Assembly (NCBI GenBank): GCA_042216335.1 | Contig: JBDGTY010000054.1 | Coordinates: 1 to 11,779 of the forward strand | Direction of reading: 5' to 3' | Source: Candidatus Nanohalobium sp. | GTDB taxonomy: Archaea; Nanohalarchaeota; Nanosalinia; Nanosalinales; Nanosalinaceae | Length of the DNA: 11,779 bases | Notes under the pieces: model-generated | Database searches by the model: none | What the model was told of the DNA's origin: nothing | Seen by the model: only the letters and a program-made list of their open reading frames with translations | Part shown: one piece after another, positions 1-7,872 of the stretch | Position numbering within the stretch: the stretch's first letter is position 1 | Layout: each line of letters begins with the position of its first letter | Program-made: the position numbers and the translations under genes

Positions 1-101
1 TCAGCTACACAAAAGGCCAGGAAGAACTGAAGAAGATGATCAAGGAGAAGGAAGAGGTTGAGGACAGGAAAGATTTGCTGGAAAAGAATTACTGGAATTA
101 A
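1..101 (+). CDS. 3' end of an unidentified protein (partial, ...SYTKGQEELKKMIKEKEEVEDRKDLLEKNYWN*)
   Basis: Open frame from position 3 to TAA at 99-101. It is E/K-rich with host-like codons, and its stop overlaps the convergent gene's stop (TTAA 98-101). Confidence 0.65.
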   Translation, partial: SYTKGQEELKKMIKEKEEVEDRKDLLEKNYWN

Positions 102-862
102 GACGAGTTAGAGTTAATTTGACTTTCTATCTTAGAACTGTGTTGATCAAAAACAGTGAAGAAGTCCTTGTAGGGATCCCCAGTTACTTCTGCATCTAAC
201 CCTAAGTAGTCCAGTACATATTCCTCAGCCCTCTGGGCTTGAACAGGATATCTGTCAATTACACCCTCCTCGTCTGGCGTGCCTCTGATATAAACATCCA
301 ATACATCTGAAAAATCTCTCCAAGAAAAATATTCCTCTACCTTCCAAGGCTTCCCAACACCATCAGTTATATCAATTGCTTTAGCAACAGGCATTTTGCT
401 TTCATGAGAGCCTTCCCAAAAATATCCTATATTATCTGGTTTGAAATCACTGTAAGTAATGTTATCGTCTCTGAGAGAAATGAATAAATCCAAATCTTCC
501 TGGATCACATCTGATATATGATATGTTTCCATAGCCTCATTATGACTTAAATCCCATGCAGACATCCTGACCCAAGCATGATTAAATTGGTCCTCAGTCT
601 CTAGTTTTTCCAGTTCCGCCCAAGGAAATCGCTCTAAATTATCAACTCGCTTTAAATGATTTTCTGGATCTTCAACAGGTTCATTTGGATTTTGAGCTGT
701 ATTCTTACCATAATTTACAGGCTTTACTACATAGCCTCGTGGACTGAAATGAACAGAAGTATTTGCTCCCTCTCCAAGCTTTGCTTTATCACTTCCTAAG
801 GCAGATTCATCTTCCTTTAATTGATGTTGATTAGCTTTCTCAAGTATAGACTTAATCACCAT
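98..862 (-). CDS. Divergent protein-kinase-like (PKL fold) protein, about 254 aa, low GC
   Basis: Kinase-type motifs occur in the expected order: Gly loop LGEGANTSV, YVVK lysine, catalytic-loop-like YSDFKPDN (431-454) and DFG-position AIDITD. ATG at 862 is preferred over TTG at 880 because TATA-like TTTTAAAT lies at 886-893. Confidence 0.65.
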   Translation of the reverse strand: MVIKSILEKANQHQLKEDESALGSDKAKLGEGANTSVHFSPRGYVVKPVNYGKNTAQNPNEPVEDPENHLKRVDNLERFPWAELEKLETEDQFNHAWVRMSAWDLSHNEAMETYHISDVIQEDLDLFISLRDDNITYSDFKPDNIGYFWEGSHESKMPVAKAIDITDGVGKPWKVEEYFSWRDFSDVLDVYIRGTPDEEGVIDRYPVQAQRAEEYVLDYLGLDAEVTGDPYKDFFTVFDQHSSKIESQINSNSS

Positions 863-885
863 ATGTTTCTTCAAAAGCAAAAATC

Positions 886-893
886 ATTTAAAA
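886..893 (-). promoter_or_regulatory. Putative TATA box of the kinase-like gene
   Basis: TTTTAAAT lies 24-31 nt upstream of the ATG at 862, the spacing typical of leaderless archaeal transcripts. Confidence 0.55.
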
Positions 894-919
894 CGTTATT
901 GTGTCGTGGTAACAAGCAA

Positions 920-1927
920 TTAATCGTGCTCTATCTCTACTTCATCCAGTACATCAAGCGCGTCCGGCGAGACGAATGCCAGGTCCTGCCAGTCCTTAGT
1001 CATCCGCGGACACGCACAGTTCACATAGATGTCGATACCGTATCCCTTGTAGTCGGGTTCGAAGATACGATCTTCTACGAACACGTAGACGTCCTTGCCG
1101 TGTTTCTCCAGCTTCTCCTTAGCTATCTCCACTGCTTTCATGTAGTTCTGGCCCTTCTTTGAAGAGGTGACGATACCCCACTTCCTCTTGTCCTTATGCT
1201 TGATGACGCGGGCGTGTTCAGCCCTGGTTTCATCGTCGAGACTGTTCGGCGGCTCTACCCAGATATGCTCTTCGTAGGGGTCGACTACGTAGACCTTCTC
1301 GCCCGTCTCAGAGACCTGTGAAGGGTGGAAGTGCCCGCTTCCGAGGAAGACGAACGCGTCAACCTTCTCCGCGATGTTGTGGGCGGCTCCAGCGTCGCAT
1401 CCCAGAACCTGTCCTGGTTCGGTCGTCCTCAATCCCGTCTTACCTTCCACTACCTCGTATCCTTTGTCTTCCAGGAACTCCCTGGCTTTTTCCGCCCTAT
1501 CCATGTACTGTGTTACTCCGACCAGTCCAACAGTCTCCTCCTCGATCTCCTCATAATGCTCCTTTAGAACACCCATGAGATCTCTGTCCTCTCTGTATGG
1601 CAGATAGAACACGTTGAAGTCATCCATGTCCTGGCCTTCCGGATGGAGGAATCGTGTGTGGCCGACATGGATCAATGCGTCAGCACCCATCCTCTCGGCT
1701 TTCTCATCGGCTATACCGCACGCTCCGAAGGTCGAAGCTCCTATCATCACGGGCTCTATATCGTTTTCTCTTAGTTCGTCGGCCATGTCGATAAGCTCGT
1801 CCTTGATTCCGTCGGGCCCCTGTAGAGCGACCTTGTCGTAGCCCTCTTCCTTTACTTCTTCAAGGACTTCTTCCAGTGTCTCGTAGTTCCATTTTCCTCT
1901 TTCCGGGTGAGGTTTTCCTCTCTGCAT
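920..1927 (-). CDS. dph2: 2-(3-amino-3-carboxypropyl)histidine synthase (diphthamide biosynthesis enzyme Dph2)
   Basis: VALQGPDG, FGAC, LIHVGH, GQVLGC, FLGSGHFH, KKGQ and ACPR motifs are present, including all three [4Fe-4S] cysteines. ATG at 1927 was chosen because TAAAAAAT lies at 1949-1956. An alternative TTG start is at 1948. Confidence 0.93.
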   Translation of the reverse strand: MQRGKPHPERGKWNYETLEEVLEEVKEEGYDKVALQGPDGIKDELIDMADELRENDIEPVMIGASTFGACGIADEKAERMGADALIHVGHTRFLHPEGQDMDDFNVFYLPYREDRDLMGVLKEHYEEIEEETVGLVGVTQYMDRAEKAREFLEDKGYEVVEGKTGLRTTEPGQVLGCDAGAAHNIAEKVDAFVFLGSGHFHPSQVSETGEKVYVVDPYEEHIWVEPPNSLDDETRAEHARVIKHKDKRKWGIVTSSKKGQNYMKAVEIAKEKLEKHGKDVYVFVEDRIFEPDYKGYGIDIYVNCACPRMTKDWQDLAFVSPDALDVLDEVEIEHD

Positions 1928-1953
1928 AGAAACAGAGTTCTCGGGCAAATTTT

Positions 1954-3414
1954 TTAGTTCCGAAGATTCTCCATGATGAACCGTTTCTCCTTCCTCAGGA
2001 TCCGCTGCGAAACCTGCTCAACAGACCCATCAGGAACCGCGACGACCTCCACACCGTTCTCGACGACCGCCCTGAGAACCTCCTCGGATACGCTCCTGAT
2101 CGCAAGCACCCTGACATTCTCCACGACCTCAAGACACCTCAGAAGCGCCGCGTCCTCGATATCACGGCCATCCACCAGGTCAGGGTCTTCAACCAGTATC
2201 TCCTCGCAGCTATCGGCGAACTCCTGCTCCGAATCCTGGTAGCTGAACGGGTTTTCGGAAAGCCCGGGGAACTGATCGATCGACCTGACCTCCGTAGCCG
2301 CCACACCCGAGAACGAAACCTCCTTTGAAGCATCTGAAACCTCGGAAACGTTTCCTTCATCCTCTCTTCTGCCCCGCTGCCTTCTCTTTTGCTGTCGGGA
2401 GCTACTGCCGGCTCTGATCCTGTCCTCGTTTTCCAGGGACACTACAGCAGGAAGACCGCTGGCCCTCATCTGCTGTGAATCCGTCGTAGTATACCCCCCT
2501 TTCTTCGCCACCAGCGGCCGGTCGGCTCTCCGGGTTTCATCGGAAAGGATGTAGTCTTCTCCTTCTCTACCCTCTATCTCACCCTCGGAAACCTTCAATG
2601 CTTTCAGGTCGGACTCCACGTTGATAGGTTCTGTTTTGAACGCATCCACTATGTAAAAGCTGCCTCTCTTGTACACGAACTTTATACTAAGTCCTTCACG
2701 CGACGCCTTCTTCGCCAGGTCCTCTATCTCCGAGTTCTGAAACGTTGGAGAGCTGTTCGATATCGTTCTGGTTCTTCTCTGGCCGTTCATCGGGTTCCTG
2801 GTTACCTTCACCTGTTTGTCCGGCACACGCGTGTCTTGAACGGAAGCGTCGTTGAGAAGGTAGAACTCCGGAACAGTTATGCCTTCCTCAAGCGAGTGGC
2901 CCAGTCCTTCGACTATCTCTACGAGCGAATGCCTTCTCGTGTAGTTTTTGATGACCGCTCCGGTGTACTCCGGCTCTATCATCTTCTGGAAAATTATCGC
3001 AGGCGTGTCAGAGTTCTCCCGGTAGTAAGAGCTCAGAACCTTTCTTAAAGCTTCTTCAAGCCCTGAAGCACCCACGTTTAGTTTGTACTCCGCCAGGTTT
3101 TCGCTAGAGCTTATCCTGACTGATACCCTCTGGCTTTCCCTCTGGTTGCCGACCAGGTTTCTTGCCTGGCCCGACGCGTTCCTGACCTCGGATGCCATAC
3201 CGATGTCCTGGTACGCGGACTTCACCTTCTCAACCAGGTCTTCCGGGATCTTCTGGTTGGCGATCCTCTGAGGATCACGCGACTCCAAGAAATCCTCTAC
3301 CTCTGACTTAGTCAGTACGAAGAAGTTCGGTACCTCGAAGTTCTCCAGAGATTCCAGGTTTGCGGCCTTCTCACCGGCCTCTTCCCTCTGAACGTTTCCT
3401 TTCCACTGAACCAT
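1954..3414 (-). CDS. PEP synthase/pyruvate,water dikinase-like protein (PPDK_N domain), shortened and probably catalytically inactive, 486 aa
   Basis: GEKAANL..VPNFFVLT, VSVRISS, IIFQKMI and EGLGHSLEEG resemble the PpsA N-terminal domain. GGYTTTDSQQMRASGLPAVV aligns to GGRTSHAAIVARELGIPAVV with no His. The C-terminus resembles the last helices of PpsA. Confidence 0.8.
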   Translation of the reverse strand: MVQWKGNVQREEAGEKAANLESLENFEVPNFFVLTKSEVEDFLESRDPQRIANQKIPEDLVEKVKSAYQDIGMASEVRNASGQARNLVGNQRESQRVSVRISSSENLAEYKLNVGASGLEEALRKVLSSYYRENSDTPAIIFQKMIEPEYTGAVIKNYTRRHSLVEIVEGLGHSLEEGITVPEFYLLNDASVQDTRVPDKQVKVTRNPMNGQRRTRTISNSSPTFQNSEIEDLAKKASREGLSIKFVYKRGSFYIVDAFKTEPINVESDLKALKVSEGEIEGREGEDYILSDETRRADRPLVAKKGGYTTTDSQQMRASGLPAVVSLENEDRIRAGSSSRQQKRRQRGRREDEGNVSEVSDASKEVSFSGVAATEVRSIDQFPGLSENPFSYQDSEQEFADSCEEILVEDPDLVDGRDIEDAALLRCLEVVENVRVLAIRSVSEEVLRAVVENGVEVVAVPDGSVEQVSQRILRKEKRFIMENLRN

Positions 3415-3435
3415 TGAAGAATAATGCGGCGGGGA

Positions 3436-3446
3436 TAAATTAAAAT
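3436..3446 (-). promoter_or_regulatory. Putative TATA box of the PEP-synthase-like gene
   Basis: An AT-only run (minus strand ATTTTAATTTA) lies 22-32 nt upstream of the ATG at 3414. Confidence 0.5.
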
Positions 3447-3989
3447 CTACTCCTCTTCCTGAACCAGTTTAACTCTACATGGAACAGGCATCTTGTGGTT
3501 GGCGCGTTCAAGAGCCTTTCTGGCTACCTGAACATCGCCTTCGTCGACTTTTACCTCGTAGATCTTCTGTCCCTCGTCAACGATAGCTGCTCGACCGATC
3601 GGACGTCCGAATGGCTTACGCATACCTTCGTAGTAACGGTCTGCCTGTGCCACACCAGCCAGTGGGTGGTATCTGAGGACGTGGTGTGGGTAAGGAAGGA
3701 TCTCGAAGTAGTACTCTTCCTCTGGATCAAGCTCCTTGGACATGTAGGAGTTGATCGCTACACGACCGGCTTCTAGTGCTTCTGAACGGATGGAAACGTC
3801 TTCTTCCGCGACCATTTTCACCTTCTTGTCGAACTCTTCATTCAGGCCTTTCTCCTTCGCTCCCTGCTGGTACTGAGTGATTCGTGGAGCCGGAGCTCCC
3901 TTTATGAAGTTGTCGCTCTTCTTCTGGCTCTGCCGAGTGTACGGCTGGTTCGGCTGCTCCCTGTAGATACTTGCCGGTCTATCTCCCAT
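3447..3989 (-). CDS. rpl10e: 50S ribosomal protein L10e (uL16)
   Basis: RPA.IYR...PYTR, IRSEALEAGR, PYPHHVLR, ADR...GMRKPFGRPIGRAA and ALERANHKMP are all L10e signatures. An SD-like GAGGT is at 4000-4004 and TATA-like TATTTAAAAT is at about 4028-4037. Confidence 0.97.
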   Translation of the reverse strand: MGDRPASIYREQPNQPYTRQSQKKSDNFIKGAPAPRITQYQQGAKEKGLNEEFDKKVKMVAEEDVSIRSEALEAGRVAINSYMSKELDPEEEYYFEILPYPHHVLRYHPLAGVAQADRYYEGMRKPFGRPIGRAAIVDEGQKIYEVKVDEGDVQVARKALERANHKMPVPCRVKLVQEEE

Positions 3990-4046
3990 TAGATTTCAAA
4001 CCTCGTGTAGTTGAAAAGCCAAGTTAAATTTTAAATATGGGCTCGT

Positions 4047-4517
4047 CTATGGTTGGCGGAGCAGGCTCATCGCTTCATCAAATTTTCCGGCGTACTCCGG
4101 ATCTTTTTCATACATTGATTCCATCAACCTGTTCGCCTCCTCCATGTTTCCCTCTGCAACGTCCTGAATATACCTCTGAGAAATGTCGATCAGGTCTTCC
4201 TGCCTCTCCAATATCGACTCTTCTAAACTTACGTAGCTCTTGGCCAGGAGATCACCTATAACCTCATTGATATCCATTACCTGCTCCCCTGCTTCAAATA
4301 CAGGCTCTAGATCTCCTGTTTTCGAAGCCTCGAGCAAAGCTCTGTTGTAGTTACCCATCTCATCCACAAGCCTATTGTAATCTTCATCTGACATACCAAA
4401 AGTTGAACTATCCGTGTATTCCCTAAGCGCCCTTCTTATAGCCTCACTCTTCTCTTCCCCCTCACGCACGACATCTTCCACGAGCCCCGATTCATCTCGA
4501 AAAGTATGCTTCACCAT
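4047..4517 (-). CDS. Hypothetical protein with putative N-terminal ribbon-helix-helix (CopG-like) domain, 156 aa
   Basis: MVKHTFR (beta strand) followed by KSEAIRRALREY matches the RHH helix-B pattern, and the C-terminus is acidic and helical. ATG at 4517 is preferred because TTTTTATA lies at 4541-4548. Confidence 0.6.
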   Translation of the reverse strand: MVKHTFRDESGLVEDVVREGEEKSEAIRRALREYTDSSTFGMSDEDYNRLVDEMGNYNRALLEASKTGDLEPVFEAGEQVMDINEVIGDLLAKSYVSLEESILERQEDLIDISQRYIQDVAEGNMEEANRLMESMYEKDPEYAGKFDEAMSLLRQP

Positions 4518-4540
4518 GTTACTACATTTAAGCAACAAAC

Positions 4541-4578
4541 TATAAAAATGGCGTTGTGAGAGGAAAACATCTATTTAT
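4541..4578. promoter_or_regulatory. Back-to-back divergent archaeal promoters
   Basis: Minus strand TTTTTATA (4541-4548) is 24-31 nt before ATG 4517. Plus strand purine-rich GAGGAAAA followed by CTATTTAT (4571-4578) is 22-29 nt before GTG 4600. Confidence 0.55.
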
Positions 4579-4599
4579 GGCCAGACTAAACACTAGTCC

Positions 4600-5850
4600 G
4601 TGACAGTCCACGTCTTCCAGATCGGTTGCCAGGATATCGGCAGGCTCGGATTCGAAAAGTTCCTAGAATTCGAGGACTACTTCCCAGTAGATGTCGTGTT
4701 CGAAGGAGTGCACTGCAAGGACTTCGAAGCCGAGGAAAGAGCGGAGAAGTTCGCGGAGACGCTGGAAAAGGATATCGAGTTCTACGACGGCATCGATGAG
4801 CTGTACCAGGCCGCCCAGGAGGTAGAAGGAGAAGTATTGATCTACGACGCCGGGCCACCGCAGCTTCACAGCAGGAACATCGCTGAGTCACTGAGCCACG
4901 ACTTCCACCACCTGACTGAGAAACCGCCTTCAGTCACCCGCGACGAACATATCAGCGAGAGGAAGCTGGCCTCCCGGTCGAAAGTGAACTACAAGGTCGA
5001 CTTCATCGAGAGGGAGAACCCAGTAGTCCAGAAAATGGAAGAACTTGTCAAAGACGAGAAGGTTGAAAGGATAGAGGTCTTCCGCGAGTCCTCCTTCGGA
5101 ATCCAAAAGGTTCTCCAGCCCGTGGACTTCGCCCACGTCAAGGGAGGAGCAGTACTGGACAAGATGTCGAACGACATCTACGTGCTGGATATACTCGGAG
5201 ATGAGTTCGAGTTCGAGGAAACTGATATAGACTTTCTGATGCCGGAGAACCTAGGCGGCGAGAAGGTCCTGAGGACGGACGGCAGCGGAAGCCGCGAGAT
5301 AGATGAGAACATAGCAATCGGAAAGTGTAAAGGAGTATTCTCCTCCGGAGATACACGAGTTGAGCTGAACGCTTCCTGGCTGGGCCTGAGCGACGAAGCC
5401 CGTGTCCAGAACCAGGAAGTCCGCGAGAAATTCGACGCAGAGGTGCTGAAGTCGGAGCACCGCGAAATCGACGGCAAAGGCTTCCAGGACGAGGAATGCA
5501 GGTTCCTCGTGGTTGAGGGAGAGAGAAGAGTTCTCGGCGACCTGATGAACCAGAGGATCTACGACCTGGAGAACAAGGAAGAGTTAGAGGTTCCCGAGTT
5601 CCCACGCGACCAGCTCTACAGAGTGTTGGAAAAAGCAGTACTGGACGCCGCAGGCATTGAGAACTATGAGGTAGATGAGGAAGAGGTCGACAGCTTCATG
5701 AACGGACTGTTCGACATACAGGATAGATGCAGCGAGGAGTTCGACAGCGTCTTCGATGCCGTGGATGAGGCCTCGGAGCGGATCCGCTCGCTGATGAGTT
5801 CCGATAAAAAGATTTCAGAACAACCTGATGTCAAGGGAGTCGCCAGATGA
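4600..5850 (+). CDS. Gfo/Idh/MocA-family oxidoreductase-like protein (divergent), 416 aa
   Basis: Rossmann-like start VFQIGCQDIG, family motif HHLTEKP, ERENPVV and GGAVLDKMSND are present. It uses a GTG start and overlaps the next gene by ATGA. Confidence 0.75.
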   Translation: MTVHVFQIGCQDIGRLGFEKFLEFEDYFPVDVVFEGVHCKDFEAEERAEKFAETLEKDIEFYDGIDELYQAAQEVEGEVLIYDAGPPQLHSRNIAESLSHDFHHLTEKPPSVTRDEHISERKLASRSKVNYKVDFIERENPVVQKMEELVKDEKVERIEVFRESSFGIQKVLQPVDFAHVKGGAVLDKMSNDIYVLDILGDEFEFEETDIDFLMPENLGGEKVLRTDGSGSREIDENIAIGKCKGVFSSGDTRVELNASWLGLSDEARVQNQEVREKFDAEVLKSEHREIDGKGFQDEECRFLVVEGERRVLGDLMNQRIYDLENKEELEVPEFPRDQLYRVLEKAVLDAAGIENYEVDEEEVDSFMNGLFDIQDRCSEEFDSVFDAVDEASERIRSLMSSDKKISEQPDVKGVAR

Positions 5851-6947
5851 AAGCCGTGATACCCGCCGCAAAGAAGAAAGAGGACATGTTCCCGTTTTCA
5901 GAAACCATGCCTACCGCACTGATGCCAGTAGCCGGAAAACCCGTAATAAAACATAATATCGATGCATTGCGGGAGAACGGCGTCGACGAGATCTACATAG
6001 TCACGAACTACAAGGAGGAGATGTTCGAGGACGAGTTCGGAGAAAGAACGGACGTGAACATCGTACACCAGGAGGAACTGGAGGGAACGGCCTCGGCAGT
6101 CGGGACCTGCGACTTCATCGAAGACGACTTCATAGTGGTGAACGGAGACGTCATAATCTCGAAGAAAGACATCTCCCGTTTGATCGAAAAGTTCGAGCAG
6201 GAGGATTCGACCAGCATACTCGCAACTTATGAAAACAGGCCGGAGAAGTTCGGAGTCCTCAGCATAGAGAACGACGAGGTCAAGAAAATAGAGGAGAAAC
6301 CGGAAGACCCGGAAAACCCATTGATCAACACAGGCATCTACTGCTTCAAACCAGAGATATTCACCACGATCAGCTCACTGGACGAGGAGGAAGACAGCCT
6401 GACAGACGCAGTCCAGAAAACCGTCGATGACAGTTCTGCGTACTTCGTCATCGCCGAAGACTACTGGATCGACATCGGATCAGGTGAGAAACTGTGGGAA
6501 GCAGACAGGATAAAGAGAGAAGCCACAGTAACCGAGACAGAGATAGATGACAGTGCGGAGGTCAGCGACGACGCAGTACTCGAAGGAAACATAGTCGTCG
6601 GAGAAGATGCTGTTGTCGAGGCCGGCGCAGTCCTGAAAGGCCAGTGCATAATCGGAGAGAACGTTCGAGTAGAGCCGGGAACAGTAATCAAAGACTCCAC
6701 AGTCATAGAGGATTCCCAGCTCGACCAGTGCAGCGTCGAGAGCTGCCTCTTATTCAGGGAAAACATCCTGGACTCATTCGTCGCAGCCGAGAACTGCGTA
6801 CTGGGAGAAGAATGCAATGTGAAGCCCGGGACAGTCATCCGCGAATCACTTATCGGCGCCAGAAGCTTCGTAGAGGCCAACAACACGATCCTAGGCACCA
6901 AGTTCGTCCCGGACGCCCGGACCGACATCGGCGAGATCAGCAAGTAG
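5847..6947 (+). CDS. Sugar-phosphate nucleotidyltransferase/LbH (GlmU/GCD1-like) protein A with a degenerate N-terminal signature, 366 aa
   Basis: MKAVIPAA, PVAGKP, Q...GTASAV, VVNGD, FGVL, EEKP, INTGIY and YWIDIG are followed by hexapeptide repeats. The GxGTR motif is replaced by KKKED. Confidence 0.85.
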   Translation: MKAVIPAAKKKEDMFPFSETMPTALMPVAGKPVIKHNIDALRENGVDEIYIVTNYKEEMFEDEFGERTDVNIVHQEELEGTASAVGTCDFIEDDFIVVNGDVIISKKDISRLIEKFEQEDSTSILATYENRPEKFGVLSIENDEVKKIEEKPEDPENPLINTGIYCFKPEIFTTISSLDEEEDSLTDAVQKTVDDSSAYFVIAEDYWIDIGSGEKLWEADRIKREATVTETEIDDSAEVSDDAVLEGNIVVGEDAVVEAGAVLKGQCIIGENVRVEPGTVIKDSTVIEDSQLDQCSVESCLLFRENILDSFVAAENCVLGEECNVKPGTVIRESLIGARSFVEANNTILGTKFVPDARTDIGEISK

Positions 6948-6949
6948 AA

Positions 6950-6956
6950 TTTTTAA
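6950..6956 (+). promoter_or_regulatory. Putative TATA box of the EamA gene
   Basis: TTTTTAA lies 23-29 nt upstream of ATG 6979. Confidence 0.5.
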
Positions 6957-6978
6957 CCGTTTGTGCGTGAGCAGAGTT

Positions 6979-7836
6979 ATGGATATCGGTGTCATCTTGG
7001 CGCTTTTCTCTGCCTTTGTTTCTGCTTCCAGAGAGTCTTTCAGGAAGCATGTCTCACGTGACTTTTCCTCTGTCGAGATTGGTTTTATGGGGCAGGTTTA
7101 CGGAGTTATCCTGCTTTTTCCTTTTGCTGCATGGTTTTACCTGAAGAGCGGCTTAACCTTGACTCCTGGCGTTCTTCTTGCTGTAGTTGTCTCGGGAGGT
7201 CTTGTCGTGGCCACGACCTATATCTACGTGGAGGCGATGCGTATTTCCGATATCTCGATGACTGAGCCTCTGCGCCAGACCACCCCTATTTTCGTGGCGA
7301 TCCTTGAGCCACTGGTTCTGGGCATAAGCTTCAGCAAGATGGTTCTGGGAGGTGCGTTGCTGGGCACAGTTGGATCGTATATCATGGTTTCTGACAAGGG
7401 CCTGAAGCAGCCTATCGAGAACGTCAGCAACCGTGGCGCACTGATGGCGCTGTCTGTGGCATTCCTGTTCGGTATCTGGGCTCTGGCTTCACGTTTCGGG
7501 GCCACGAACGCGCATCCCCTGCTTTTCTCCTACATGACGTATATCGCAGCCCTGACAGGATTCTGGATATGGAAGAGGAAGCGTTCGATAAGCATAGACA
7601 GGAAAAGCTACCTGAGGAAGGATGTGTTCGCGATGGGAGCTATTACAGCCCTGAGCGCGGTTGCCGGGATCTACGCTTACTCGATGCTTTCGGCCTCTGA
7701 AACCACGATAATCAAGCAGACTTCAGGAGTCTTCGGAGTGCTGATAGGAGGACGGTTCTTCAGGGAGGAGGACATACTCAGGAAACTTATAGGAGCCGTG
7801 ATCATAGTGTCAGCAGTGGCGCTGGTAGCCCTGTAG
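6979..7836 (+). CDS. EamA/DMT-family transporter, about 285 aa
   Basis: About ten hydrophobic segments fall in two repeats, with DMT motifs PLRQTTPIFVAIL and QTSGVFGVLIGGRFFREE..RKLIGA. ATG 6979 is preferred over TTG 6961. Confidence 0.9.
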   Translation: MDIGVILALFSAFVSASRESFRKHVSRDFSSVEIGFMGQVYGVILLFPFAAWFYLKSGLTLTPGVLLAVVVSGGLVVATTYIYVEAMRISDISMTEPLRQTTPIFVAILEPLVLGISFSKMVLGGALLGTVGSYIMVSDKGLKQPIENVSNRGALMALSVAFLFGIWALASRFGATNAHPLLFSYMTYIAALTGFWIWKRKRSISIDRKSYLRKDVFAMGAITALSAVAGIYAYSMLSASETTIIKQTSGVFGVLIGGRFFREEDILRKLIGAVIIVSAVALVAL

Positions 7837-7841
7837 AATGG

Positions 7842-7850
7842 AATATTAAA
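7842..7850 (+). promoter_or_regulatory. Putative TATA box of GlmU-like gene B
   Basis: AATATTAAA lies 23-31 nt upstream of GTG 7873. Confidence 0.5.
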
Positions 7851-7872
7851 GTTGCAGAACAAAGCTTGGAAC

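Noticed and set aside
98-923. IS element or transposon as the explanation for the AT-rich block
   Set aside because: There are no transposase motifs and no terminal inverted repeats. Only the 6-bp direct repeat is reported, as a finding.
821-1162. 113-aa plus-strand ORF and other short ORFs antisense to dph2 and the PEP-synthase-like gene
   Set aside because: They overlap well-supported genes on the opposite strand, lack the acidic composition and have no motifs.
1954-3414. Calling the gene ppsA or a pseudogene
   Set aside because: The missing phospho-His and truncated domains argue against functional PpsA. The uninterrupted frame and promoter argue against a pseudogene.
5138-5605. 155-aa minus-strand ORF and neighbours within the Gfo-like gene
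   Set aside because: These are Arg/Pro/Ser-rich shadow frames of a GC-rich coding strand.
6660-6845. Similar DNA stretches (GAGCCGGGAACAGTAATC and AAGCCCGGGACAGTCATC)
   Set aside because: They are explained by hexapeptide repeats of the beta-helix and are not a CRISPR or DNA repeat element.
6461-6943. 160-aa Ser/Thr-rich minus-strand ORF
   Set aside because: It is the antisense mirror of the Asp/Glu/Val codons of the LbH domain.
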